This document shows positions 7,138 through 15,192 of a stretch of 24,392 nucleotides of DNA, in pieces. The notes under the pieces are model-generated. The model had not been told where the DNA came from and made no database searches. It worked only from the letters and a program-made list of their open reading frames with translations. The stretch's first letter is position 1, and every line of letters begins with the position of its first letter. The position numbers were made by a program, and so were the translations under genes. Source of the stretch: a virus (taxonomy: Duplodnaviria; Caudoviricetes). Location of the stretch: positions 1 to 24,392 of IMG/VR virus record IMGVR_UViG_3300027627_000028; one strand, 5' to 3'.

Positions 7138-8382
7138 ATGGCCGAAGATATTAAAATCTCAGAGTTTCCGAAGGTAAGCGCCGGTGCGATACTAAACTCT
7201 AGTAAAAAAATAGCGACAGAAATCAGAAAATTTTCTCCCTCCTCTGTCGTTTCTCTCTTCGAAATAGACCTTGAGAGTCTGCTCATAGATCGTCAGGCCA
7301 TATATGATACAGAGCTGCGTGGAGATGCTGTATTTAGATTTCACAATAACTTGAAACTGCTAAAGCAAGACATCATATGGAGAGGCCAGGTTTATAGAGC
7401 TCTTCCGATTAAAGTGGACGGGTACGAGTCAAGCAGCAGGGGCACGCTACCGACCCCAAAGATGTCCATAACCTCCAGCGATGCGACTGCTTCGTTTTTC
7501 TCTGATTTCAAATCGCAGATAAGAAGGGTTGACGATTTAATTGGGGCAAAGGTCACCAGGATAAGGACTTTTACCAAATATCTCGATGAAGAAAATTTCT
7601 TCGTGAAGGTCGGTAACGTTAAAACCCCGATAGGAAATCTTGAGCATATCGTTCCGGAAGATTTTGAGCCGGATGCGCTAGCCGAATTCCCAAGAGAAAT
7701 TTTTTACATAGAACGAAAGTCAGCGGAAAATAAGAACAGCCTAGAGTTTGAACTTTCCTCCGCCATTGATTTCGAAAACCTGAGACTGCCGAAAAGGATA
7801 GTCATCTCTTCTACTTGCAATTTCACATATAGAGGAGAGGGGTGCTTATATGAATATGCTAGCCACTATTCTCCCACTACAAGCGAGGCAAATCGGAAAG
7901 AGGCTGAAAAGGGGCTTGGCTGTGATGATATCCGGGAGTTGAATCTACCCTCAAAAGCGCCCCCGGTCGCAAACGCAAATGACGAACTTTTTCAAACGAT
8001 GCTCGGGAATGACTATAGAGTCAATCAGGATCCTACTCTCTGGCGGTTTGATCGAGCCTATCTCCGGGGCGATATGGTTTATTTAGAGAGGACGGGGACA
8101 AGAAGATATTACATCGCGAACACTACCGTGCCGAGCTCCATGTCTGAACCGAACTCTGGTCCACCGAACAGAAACTACTGGTTTGCAGACCAGTGCTCAA
8201 AGAGAATCGCCGGATGCAAGCTCAGATGGTCGAACTCATATAAAGGATCCCTGGGCCTACAGACCATTGGGTCCTTCTCTATGGGCGCGTCAAGACCACC
8301 AGCAGACCCGTTGGGAGACGGAAACACTCATAAAGAAGCTTTGCCTTTCGGCGGATTTCCAGCTACGAACAAGCTTTCGTAA
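7138..8382 (+). CDS. L: Minor tail protein L (Fe-S cluster tail tip protein) with CBM5/12-like insertion
   Basis: LFEIDL, IIWRGQVYRALPIKVDGYE, GTLPTPKMSI, DLIGAKVTRIRT, FYIERKSAEN, LEFELSS, CNFTYRGEGC, DQCSKRIAGCKLRW and LPFGGFP are all gpL hallmarks. Confidence 0.93.
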   Translation: MAEDIKISEFPKVSAGAILNSSKKIATEIRKFSPSSVVSLFEIDLESLLIDRQAIYDTELRGDAVFRFHNNLKLLKQDIIWRGQVYRALPIKVDGYESSSRGTLPTPKMSITSSDATASFFSDFKSQIRRVDDLIGAKVTRIRTFTKYLDEENFFVKVGNVKTPIGNLEHIVPEDFEPDALAEFPREIFYIERKSAENKNSLEFELSSAIDFENLRLPKRIVISSTCNFTYRGEGCLYEYASHYSPTTSEANRKEAEKGLGCDDIRELNLPSKAPPVANANDELFQTMLGNDYRVNQDPTLWRFDRAYLRGDMVYLERTGTRRYYIANTTVPSSMSEPNSGPPNRNYWFADQCSKRIAGCKLRWSNSYKGSLGLQTIGSFSMGASRPPADPLGDGNTHKEALPFGGFPATNKLS

Positions 8383-8383
8383 A

Positions 8384-9115
8384 ATGAAAGAAGAAATTAA
8401 AAAGCAAATCAAAGCGCACGCTCTAGAAGATCCTTCTGTAGAATGCTGCGGTCTGTTGATTTTTAATAAAAAGACTAAGCAACTAGAGACCCTGAAGAGT
8501 CCGAATCTTTCTGCAAATAAGGCTAATCTATTCTCCATAAGTCCCGCCTGCTATCTAAAAGCGTCTCTCCTTGGCGAGATAATAGCCACGTATCATTCTC
8601 ATGTAGAGGGCGATCAGTTTTCCGAGTATGATAAGCAGAATAGCGAGCTTAATAAAATAAAATACATTTTATACAGTATTGATTTAGACTCATTTCAAGA
8701 GTACGTGCCCAAAGGTTACGTCAACCAATATTATGGAAGAGAGTTTTACTTGGGGAAACAGGACTGCCTCTCGCTCTTAATAGAATACTATAAAAAAGAA
8801 TTAAATGTTGACATTAAAAACTACTACCGAGATGACAGCTGGTTAATAAAAAATCCAGACTGCTACGCCAGACATTATCAGGAAGAGGGCTTCGAGACAA
8901 TTCAAAAAGGTCCGCTAGCGAATCTTTCTATGCTCCAGAAGCACGATGTAATCCTAATGAAACTTTTAGGAAAAGCAAACCCTACTCATTCGGCAATTTA
9001 TGTGGGAGATGGTGTTATTTTACACCACCAGTTGAATTGCTACTCCAGAATAGAGCCTTACAGTCAAGCGTTCATGGATCGGACGACGCACGTCGTAAGG
9101 TTGAAGGGCGTTTAG
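8384..9115 (+). CDS. K: Tail assembly protein K, copy 1 (JAB/MPN metalloprotease + NlpC/P60), 243 aa
   Basis: ECCGLL, YHSHVEGDQFSEYD (JAMM-like), GKQDCLSLLIEYY and HSAIYVGDGVILHH (NlpC/P60). Start moved from 8183 to the ATG at 8384, one base after the L stop, matching the N-terminus of copy 2. Confidence 0.9.
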   Translation: MKEEIKKQIKAHALEDPSVECCGLLIFNKKTKQLETLKSPNLSANKANLFSISPACYLKASLLGEIIATYHSHVEGDQFSEYDKQNSELNKIKYILYSIDLDSFQEYVPKGYVNQYYGREFYLGKQDCLSLLIEYYKKELNVDIKNYYRDDSWLIKNPDCYARHYQEEGFETIQKGPLANLSMLQKHDVILMKLLGKANPTHSAIYVGDGVILHHQLNCYSRIEPYSQAFMDRTTHVVRLKGV

Positions 9116-9116
9116 C

Positions 9117-9950
9117 ATGAATTTGAGCGACGACATCAAAAAGTCCATAGCAGCTCACGCTAAAGAGTCGACACCACTTGAATGTGTCGGGATTATTGTC
9201 GCGCTAAAAAACGGAGACCTCGAAGTCAGAAGGCTTAAAAATATTTCTTTGCAAGCGGAGTATCATTGCCTTGTTGAAGGCTCCGAAATAGCTAAAGCCA
9301 CCCAAGGAGATAAAATAGTTTCCTTCTATCATTCGCATTTTGACTCTAACGAGTTTAGCTTAGAAGATAAGGCGGTTAGCGAAAGGCTTCAAATCAAACT
9401 AGTTTTATATTGTATGTTCGATAAGTCCTTCAAGACTTACGTTCCAAATGGCTTCGTTGCTCCTTATGTCGATAGGCCCTGGGTACAGGGTGTATTTACA
9501 TGTATGGAGTTGCTGGAAGATTATTATCAAAAAGAACTTAACGTACCAATAGTTGGATGGGATAAAGAGCTACTAGCGGTCGAGCCAGGTGATGAAAAAC
9601 ATCTTAAAACAATTAAATTGAAATATATAGATATTGCTGTTTTCTACAGTAGGGCGCGCACAGATGAAGTCTACGCGAAGTACGTCAGACTCGTTGACGA
9701 AAACCAAAGCTATAAAAATTTCATGCTGAAGAACGGATTCAGACAGGTAAAAGACCTCAGAAAGAACGACGTACTGCTTTTCGGCAGCTCCGGCCTTATA
9801 TCCGTAGACTTTGCTATACACGGTGCTGTTTTTTTGGGTGATAATAAGATTTTGCATCACGATTTTCGCAGAAGATCTTCCGTAGAAAAATTTGACAACA
9901 GGCACAAATCGCTACTTAAATTTATATTAAGACACGAGACTTTATTATGA
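9117..9950 (+). CDS. K: Tail assembly protein K, copy 2 (JAB/MPN + NlpC/P60), 277 aa
   Basis: ECVGII, YHSHFDSNEFSLED, GVFTCMELLEDYY, HGAVFLGDNKILHH; same architecture as the upstream gene with an insertion in the NlpC/P60 domain. Confidence 0.88.
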   Translation: MNLSDDIKKSIAAHAKESTPLECVGIIVALKNGDLEVRRLKNISLQAEYHCLVEGSEIAKATQGDKIVSFYHSHFDSNEFSLEDKAVSERLQIKLVLYCMFDKSFKTYVPNGFVAPYVDRPWVQGVFTCMELLEDYYQKELNVPIVGWDKELLAVEPGDEKHLKTIKLKYIDIAVFYSRARTDEVYAKYVRLVDENQSYKNFMLKNGFRQVKDLRKNDVLLFGSSGLISVDFAIHGAVFLGDNKILHHDFRRRSSVEKFDNRHKSLLKFILRHETLL

Positions 9951-10603
9951 ACGCTGTAAATATAAAACTTCACGGTCATCTCGGAAGCGCCATTGGCGAA
10001 GAATGGAGTCTTCACGTAGCTAGCGCTTCAGAAGCTATGAATGCTATAAACGTTCTATCGAAGAGAAGCTTCTTCAAGTATTTAATTGAAAACGACAAAA
10101 AAGGCGCAAAATATAGAGTATTAATTAATGGAAGAGAGTTCCTGTCAGAGGAGCCTCTTTCTGTATTTAATGGCAAAGAGGAAGAGATCCGAAGTATTAA
10201 AAATTCCGAACTATGCCTAGCTTCTCGAAACCTGAAAACGATAGACGTAATCCCAATTTTAGAAGGCGCGAGCGCTATCGGTAATATCATAGCCGGGATT
10301 ATCCTCGTAATAGTTGGTATCATAACCTTCCCGATCGGCGGCGGCTATCTCATAGCAGCGGGTATCGGCCTTATCGCTGCCGGCATTACAGCTTTATTAA
10401 TGGAGCCTCCATCTTTTGAAGAGGTGAGGGGCATCCAGGGTGGAGGAACCGCCTCGTATCTATTTAGCGGGCCGCAGAACGTAGTAAGAGAGGGCGGGCC
10501 AGTTCCCTTGGGATACGGAGAGCTGCTAGTGGGCAGTCAAGTTCTTGGTGCGACTTATGTAATGAGTGACATTTTGGCGACGCAGGGAGCGTTAACACAA
10601 TAA
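9947..10603 (+). CDS. I: Tail assembly protein I (ubiquitin-like N-terminal domain, Gly-rich hydrophobic segment)
   Basis: IKLHGHLG start, IDVIPILEGA, hydrophobic IIAGIILVIVG...LIAAGIGLIAAGITALL, and SYLFSGPQN...GGPVPLGYGELLVGS. Confidence 0.93.
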   Translation: MNAVNIKLHGHLGSAIGEEWSLHVASASEAMNAINVLSKRSFFKYLIENDKKGAKYRVLINGREFLSEEPLSVFNGKEEEIRSIKNSELCLASRNLKTIDVIPILEGASAIGNIIAGIILVIVGIITFPIGGGYLIAAGIGLIAAGITALLMEPPSFEEVRGIQGGGTASYLFSGPQNVVREGGPVPLGYGELLVGSQVLGATYVMSDILATQGALTQ

Positions 10604-10604
10604 T

Positions 10605-13600
10605 ATGTCAAACGACGAAAATAGTTTTTTTCATAATGGAGAAGACTTAGAGCTTTTCGGCCGTAGACCAAGACCACAGCACGCTAGAAATCCGATCGAA
10701 GAACCAGAGGGCATAGATAAGCCTAATACGACAACCGGTCAAGAGGGAGATCGGCCTCAAAATCCAGACGAACAAGGCAAGCCGCCTGGCGTCGTTTCGC
10801 TAACGACCATCGAAGTGCTAGACGCGATTTGCGAGGGCCCAATAGAAGGCCTTGCTTCGGGAGAATATGAATACGTAGGCACAAACAAATCGATAGGATA
10901 TGAATCGGCTAAGTTCGTGCCATTTTTTCCTATAGTAGAGGGTACTTTCGGCACCAGCAACGCGCATGTATCTGGGTATCTGCGTTCTATTTTTTATAAT
11001 GGCGTAGAGATCTTGGATAAGAACGGTCGTAAAAATTTCCAAAACGTTAGTACGTCTTTTACGAACGGCACCGTTGGAGGTATACCCCTCGTGCTGGACT
11101 CTAATTCTAATAAGACTTTAGAAGTCGTAAAGAGTTTGGGAGAAAGGCTTCGCGGCCCAGAAGTTCGATATAAGACTGCCGCCTCAGACCCAACAGACAT
11201 GGAACTCGTGCCAGGCACAGATTCGCTCGGTAGAGATAATTCAAAATTTTATAAAATAGCAAATAGAAATTGCACGAGCTTCAGAATTAACGTTAAGGTC
11301 AACTCCCTTTCGCAAACGCTCGTGGACCCAAATCTTCAAAGCACTTATGAAAATACGCCAGACAAGGTGGGTAGAGGAGATACTAAGGGCGTAAAAGTCA
11401 TTTATAGAATTGACTATCGCCCTTATTATAATAAAGATAGCAAAAACGAACCGTTCAGCACTAAAACTGGGCCAAATACATACAGTTATAAAAGCTGGAA
11501 TCCCATCTCAGAAGAAATATACGGTAAGGTAAGCGGCGGATACATAAGACAGACGACGGTAACAATTGACAAGGTTAAGTTTGCCGCCGCTTTAGCTGAT
11601 CCAGATTTTATTGGTTGGGAAATCATAGTATACAGAGAGACTCCGGACTCATTCGCGGGCACGCTCAGAAATCAAACGTTTATAGATTCAATTATCGAGG
11701 GCTTCGAAGAAAGCTACGCTTATCCAAACACCGCGTTTGTGAGGTCTAGGTTTCGGGCGGACAGTTTTACTCAAGTGCCTGGTAGACAATTTAGGACGAG
11801 GCTGGCGAAGATTAAAGTACCTAATAACTATAATCCAATTTTAAGAACATACGGCGCGGCTCGTGGTGGATCGAGCATCGCGTTGGGCGGCGAAGCCGGA
11901 CTCGACGGAACCTCTGAGTCTTGGAACGGGGACTGGAAAAGAAACACAGATGGAACCATAAAGCGTCAATGGACAAATAATCCAGCGTGGGTATTTTTTG
12001 ATCTTCTTACTAATAAAAGATATGGACTGGGGAACGTTCTTGACGAAGAGATGGTAGATAAATGGTCGCTTTTCGAGATCGCTAACTACTGCGACCAATT
12101 AGTTCCTGACGGAAAAGGCGGTTTTGAACCAAGATTTACGGCCGATATTTATATTAACACCCAGGCAGATGCGTATCAGGTTATAAATGATTTTTCAAGC
12201 GTATTCCGTGGTATATCTTTATACGCGGGAGGGCAAATAAGAGCTATCAGTGATAAGCCTCAAAGCCCCATGTACACCTTCACTAACGCCAACGTTCTTG
12301 GCGGCGATTTTGCATATTCTAGCTCGTCTAAAAAGGCCAGGCATACAGTTTGCCTCGTCAGATTCAATGACAAAGACGATTCATTTAAACCCTCTGTGGT
12401 TTACGCTGAAGACGCTGAAGGTATTCAGAAGTACGGATTTCGAATTAAAGAGCTTTCAGCATTTGGATGCACAAGCAAGGGCCAGGCACTCAGATTAGCC
12501 AAGTGGACAATGGCTACTGAAAGGCTAGAAACCCAGTCCGCGTCTTTTAGCGCTGGAATAGAAGCTTCGTATTTAAGCGCCGGAGACTTAATACAAATAA
12601 GCGACATCGGACGCGGCAATTACCAGAACACAGACGCGAGAAGAAGAGCCGGAAGGACAAAGAGGATTAGCTTGAGCGGAAACTATACCACCGTAGAACT
12701 TGACTCTTCGCTCGCTGGATATTTAAGCAACGGAAGCATCGGCTCGTCCGACAACATATCTTTTAGCATACTGACTCCCCCCGCTTATGCAGACGTAGTG
12801 ACTGCGAACTTGAGCTCTTCTGCCGAGTCAATTTACCTTAAAAAAAACGCCATTCAAAAATTAATTTTTAGAAAGGCGGACTGTATAGAGTCTGGCCGAA
12901 GCGATGTAGACGCGGGCCACCCGCATCATTTCGTGTCTATAGTTACATTCGATCACACTAGGCTTGCTGGCAGCGGAAATCAATTAAATACTTCGAGTTT
13001 TAACGTAACAGGATTCACCGGAATACTCCGAAACTTTTTAGGGACTGCGATCGCCGGCACGGGGTTTGTAGAGAGCGCTCCAGATGACTTTATTTGGTCA
13101 GTCGAAGTTACCGGTAAAAACCTCAATATTACTCCAGAAATAGATCTTTATAAGATCATTTCTATTCAAGAGAAAGAAAACTTAAAATTCAACATCAACG
13201 CTATCGAGCATAAGCCGGAAAAGTATAGCCTTATTGATGAAGATTTAGTTTTTGAGATTCCGGCAGTAGCCGATTTCCCCGGGCTGCCCACTAACTTTTT
13301 GGCGAGTAATTTCGAAATTCCGAACACGAACTTCATAAAGACGAGGATCAGCTTTAACCATCCGTCTGTTAGGACTTATTTAGCTGGATGTAAACTCTTC
13401 GTAAAATACGGATCGCCGTTCGACGATGTTAACGATTATACGGAAGATCCGGAGGGTAAGTTCCCCAACGCTCCGTACCATTTTACATTTGTCAGTAAAA
13501 CGGCAACCTCAACGGAATATCTTCCCTATTCAAACGGAACGTACTACGTAAGGATTTACTCTGTCAATAACCAGGGCAAAACCAGTAACGCCGGTCAGTA

Positions 13601-15191
13601 CTTAGAGGGCACTTTTGCCGCAAACGGTATTAATTTTCTGCTGGAGATAGAGGTTAAGTCCTTAAGGCTAGCGACGGATACCAATACTAATGCCCACGGC
13701 GCAAAAGACGCGGATGGAGAGTTTTCTGCTTCAGATTTATCCGTCCAATGGCAGGCCGGTTTTTTTACAGACAGCATTAAAGACTTCACTCTGCCTACAA
13801 GCCTTACGTATAGAGTAACTTATCGCGAACCAGATCAATACTCTAACACTCCAAGTTCCGTAATCCTGTTTGAAAAGACTGGCTTATCGGCTCGTACACT
13901 TTCCGCCACGCTTACAATGTCGGAAAATTTAGCAATCTCTCTACCGCCTTCTTACGCGGGGCAGGTTACCCCAATAAGAAGTTTTGACATTGTCGTCGAA
14001 GCAGTTGATGGCGATGGATATTCTTCTGCGGGTGGGCAACTCATTAGAACTGCTGGCGTCTTAACCAAGGATTCAAGCTATACTAATCCAGAGGGATACG
14101 ATATTATATTTGCCCGGGATTCCGAACCTGTTGTCCTGCATATTACTGATACGCACGGTGTCACGCCCGAGACGTGCCTCAGCGATATTCCTGTCGCACA
14201 AGGTTTTTGCTCAGAACAGTGGATCAACGAAGATGGCGCGTTTAATTTTGTTATTAAAAAGGATACGGCCGCTCTAGTCGAAAGTGGTGATGCCGAATTG
14301 ATGGCATTCCTAATCTCTAAGACTCCTTTTACGGCGAACGAGATACAGAGCAAGCTAAATGTATTAATAAACGACACCAACGTTCCGCTCTTATCTAATG
14401 AAAGCGTCTTTAATAATGGAGTTGACGCTCTAATTTTTTCGAAAGACTTTTCTGCCGCTACCGTAATCCCGACGCCATTCAAAAGCTTCTCACAAGACTC
14501 GGCGCTGGAATCTGACGAGTCGCGCGAGGGCCTTACTCAGGTTTACGCGTCTGTAGCACTAGTAGACGTATTTATGCTCGGAGCTATTAATACTGCTCCA
14601 TCTAAAAAGGATTTGGTCAAAAAACTAGGCTTTTCTAACGTAGTCAAAGTCTTGCCTAAAAATGCCTTTTTAAAGGACTCTTTATTGTACAGAGCGTGGG
14701 CGATAGTGCATGTTAACTGGGAAAGCTCTGACCAATTGATGATTCACAGCGCCAATATAGAGCAGATAGAACTTACGAACTATACAGCGCCCTACGTTCA
14801 GCAATTAGTATCGTACGGACGCAGATGCAGAAGAAAGGTCAGTTATCAAACGCATCAAGTCCCGAGGAAAGGTCGAAAATTTTTCTTTTCTTCACCCCTA
14901 CCTTCTCGTGGATATGAGGTTGTAATCACATACACTCCAGAACCAGTGCAATATGGATCTGGTTTAAAGTCAGCCATTTTCACCCGAGATCTTCCCAGTC
15001 ACAACTTACAAGTTATAAGCAAAACGAAAGAATATTTTGAAGTGATTGATATGTCTCCCGGCGGATGGGGCCAGCCATCCCCGCTTAAGGGCTCGTTCTT
15101 TTTTGGCGTAATGCTTGGAACGTTAATCTTCAAGCCTCTGCTATCTGATCCATTTGGAGCGAAAATAAGCTATCCGGTACAACAGCAATAA
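10605..15191 (+). CDS. J: Central tail fibre / tip attachment (host specificity) protein J, 1528 aa
   Basis: DAICEGPIEGL, YAYPNTA, KIKVPNNYNP, WTNNPAWVFFDLLTNKRYGLG, VDKWSLFEIANYCDQLVPDGKGGFEPRF, AFGCTSKGQALRLAKW, GDLIQISD; followed by FN3-like segments and a divergent C-terminus. Confidence 0.95.
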   Translation: MSNDENSFFHNGEDLELFGRRPRPQHARNPIEEPEGIDKPNTTTGQEGDRPQNPDEQGKPPGVVSLTTIEVLDAICEGPIEGLASGEYEYVGTNKSIGYESAKFVPFFPIVEGTFGTSNAHVSGYLRSIFYNGVEILDKNGRKNFQNVSTSFTNGTVGGIPLVLDSNSNKTLEVVKSLGERLRGPEVRYKTAASDPTDMELVPGTDSLGRDNSKFYKIANRNCTSFRINVKVNSLSQTLVDPNLQSTYENTPDKVGRGDTKGVKVIYRIDYRPYYNKDSKNEPFSTKTGPNTYSYKSWNPISEEIYGKVSGGYIRQTTVTIDKVKFAAALADPDFIGWEIIVYRETPDSFAGTLRNQTFIDSIIEGFEESYAYPNTAFVRSRFRADSFTQVPGRQFRTRLAKIKVPNNYNPILRTYGAARGGSSIALGGEAGLDGTSESWNGDWKRNTDGTIKRQWTNNPAWVFFDLLTNKRYGLGNVLDEEMVDKWSLFEIANYCDQLVPDGKGGFEPRFTADIYINTQADAYQVINDFSSVFRGISLYAGGQIRAISDKPQSPMYTFTNANVLGGDFAYSSSSKKARHTVCLVRFNDKDDSFKPSVVYAEDAEGIQKYGFRIKELSAFGCTSKGQALRLAKWTMATERLETQSASFSAGIEASYLSAGDLIQISDIGRGNYQNTDARRRAGRTKRISLSGNYTTVELDSSLAGYLSNGSIGSSDNISFSILTPPAYADVVTANLSSSAESIYLKKNAIQKLIFRKADCIESGRSDVDAGHPHHFVSIVTFDHTRLAGSGNQLNTSSFNVTGFTGILRNFLGTAIAGTGFVESAPDDFIWSVEVTGKNLNITPEIDLYKIISIQEKENLKFNINAIEHKPEKYSLIDEDLVFEIPAVADFPGLPTNFLASNFEIPNTNFIKTRISFNHPSVRTYLAGCKLFVKYGSPFDDVNDYTEDPEGKFPNAPYHFTFVSKTATSTEYLPYSNGTYYVRIYSVNNQGKTSNAGQYLEGTFAANGINFLLEIEVKSLRLATDTNTNAHGAKDADGEFSASDLSVQWQAGFFTDSIKDFTLPTSLTYRVTYREPDQYSNTPSSVILFEKTGLSARTLSATLTMSENLAISLPPSYAGQVTPIRSFDIVVEAVDGDGYSSAGGQLIRTAGVLTKDSSYTNPEGYDIIFARDSEPVVLHITDTHGVTPETCLSDIPVAQGFCSEQWINEDGAFNFVIKKDTAALVESGDAELMAFLISKTPFTANEIQSKLNVLINDTNVPLLSNESVFNNGVDALIFSKDFSAATVIPTPFKSFSQDSALESDESREGLTQVYASVALVDVFMLGAINTAPSKKDLVKKLGFSNVVKVLPKNAFLKDSLLYRAWAIVHVNWESSDQLMIHSANIEQIELTNYTAPYVQQLVSYGRRCRRKVSYQTHQVPRKGRKFFFSSPLPSRGYEVVITYTPEPVQYGSGLKSAIFTRDLPSHNLQVISKTKEYFEVIDMSPGGWGQPSPLKGSFFFGVMLGTLIFKPLLSDPFGAKISYPVQQQ

Positions 15192-15192
15192 T

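Noticed and set aside
8183-8383. 67-aa N-terminal extension of gpK copy 1 given in the ORF track
   Set aside because: It overlaps the conserved C-terminus of gpL by 200 nt. The ATG at 8384 fits the operon spacing and aligns with the start of copy 2.
12840-12848. A8 run with in-frame A-AAA-AAC as a programmed -1 frameshift in J
   Set aside because: No stimulatory structure or extended alternative frame was evident, and such runs are expected in Lys codons of AT-rich genes.
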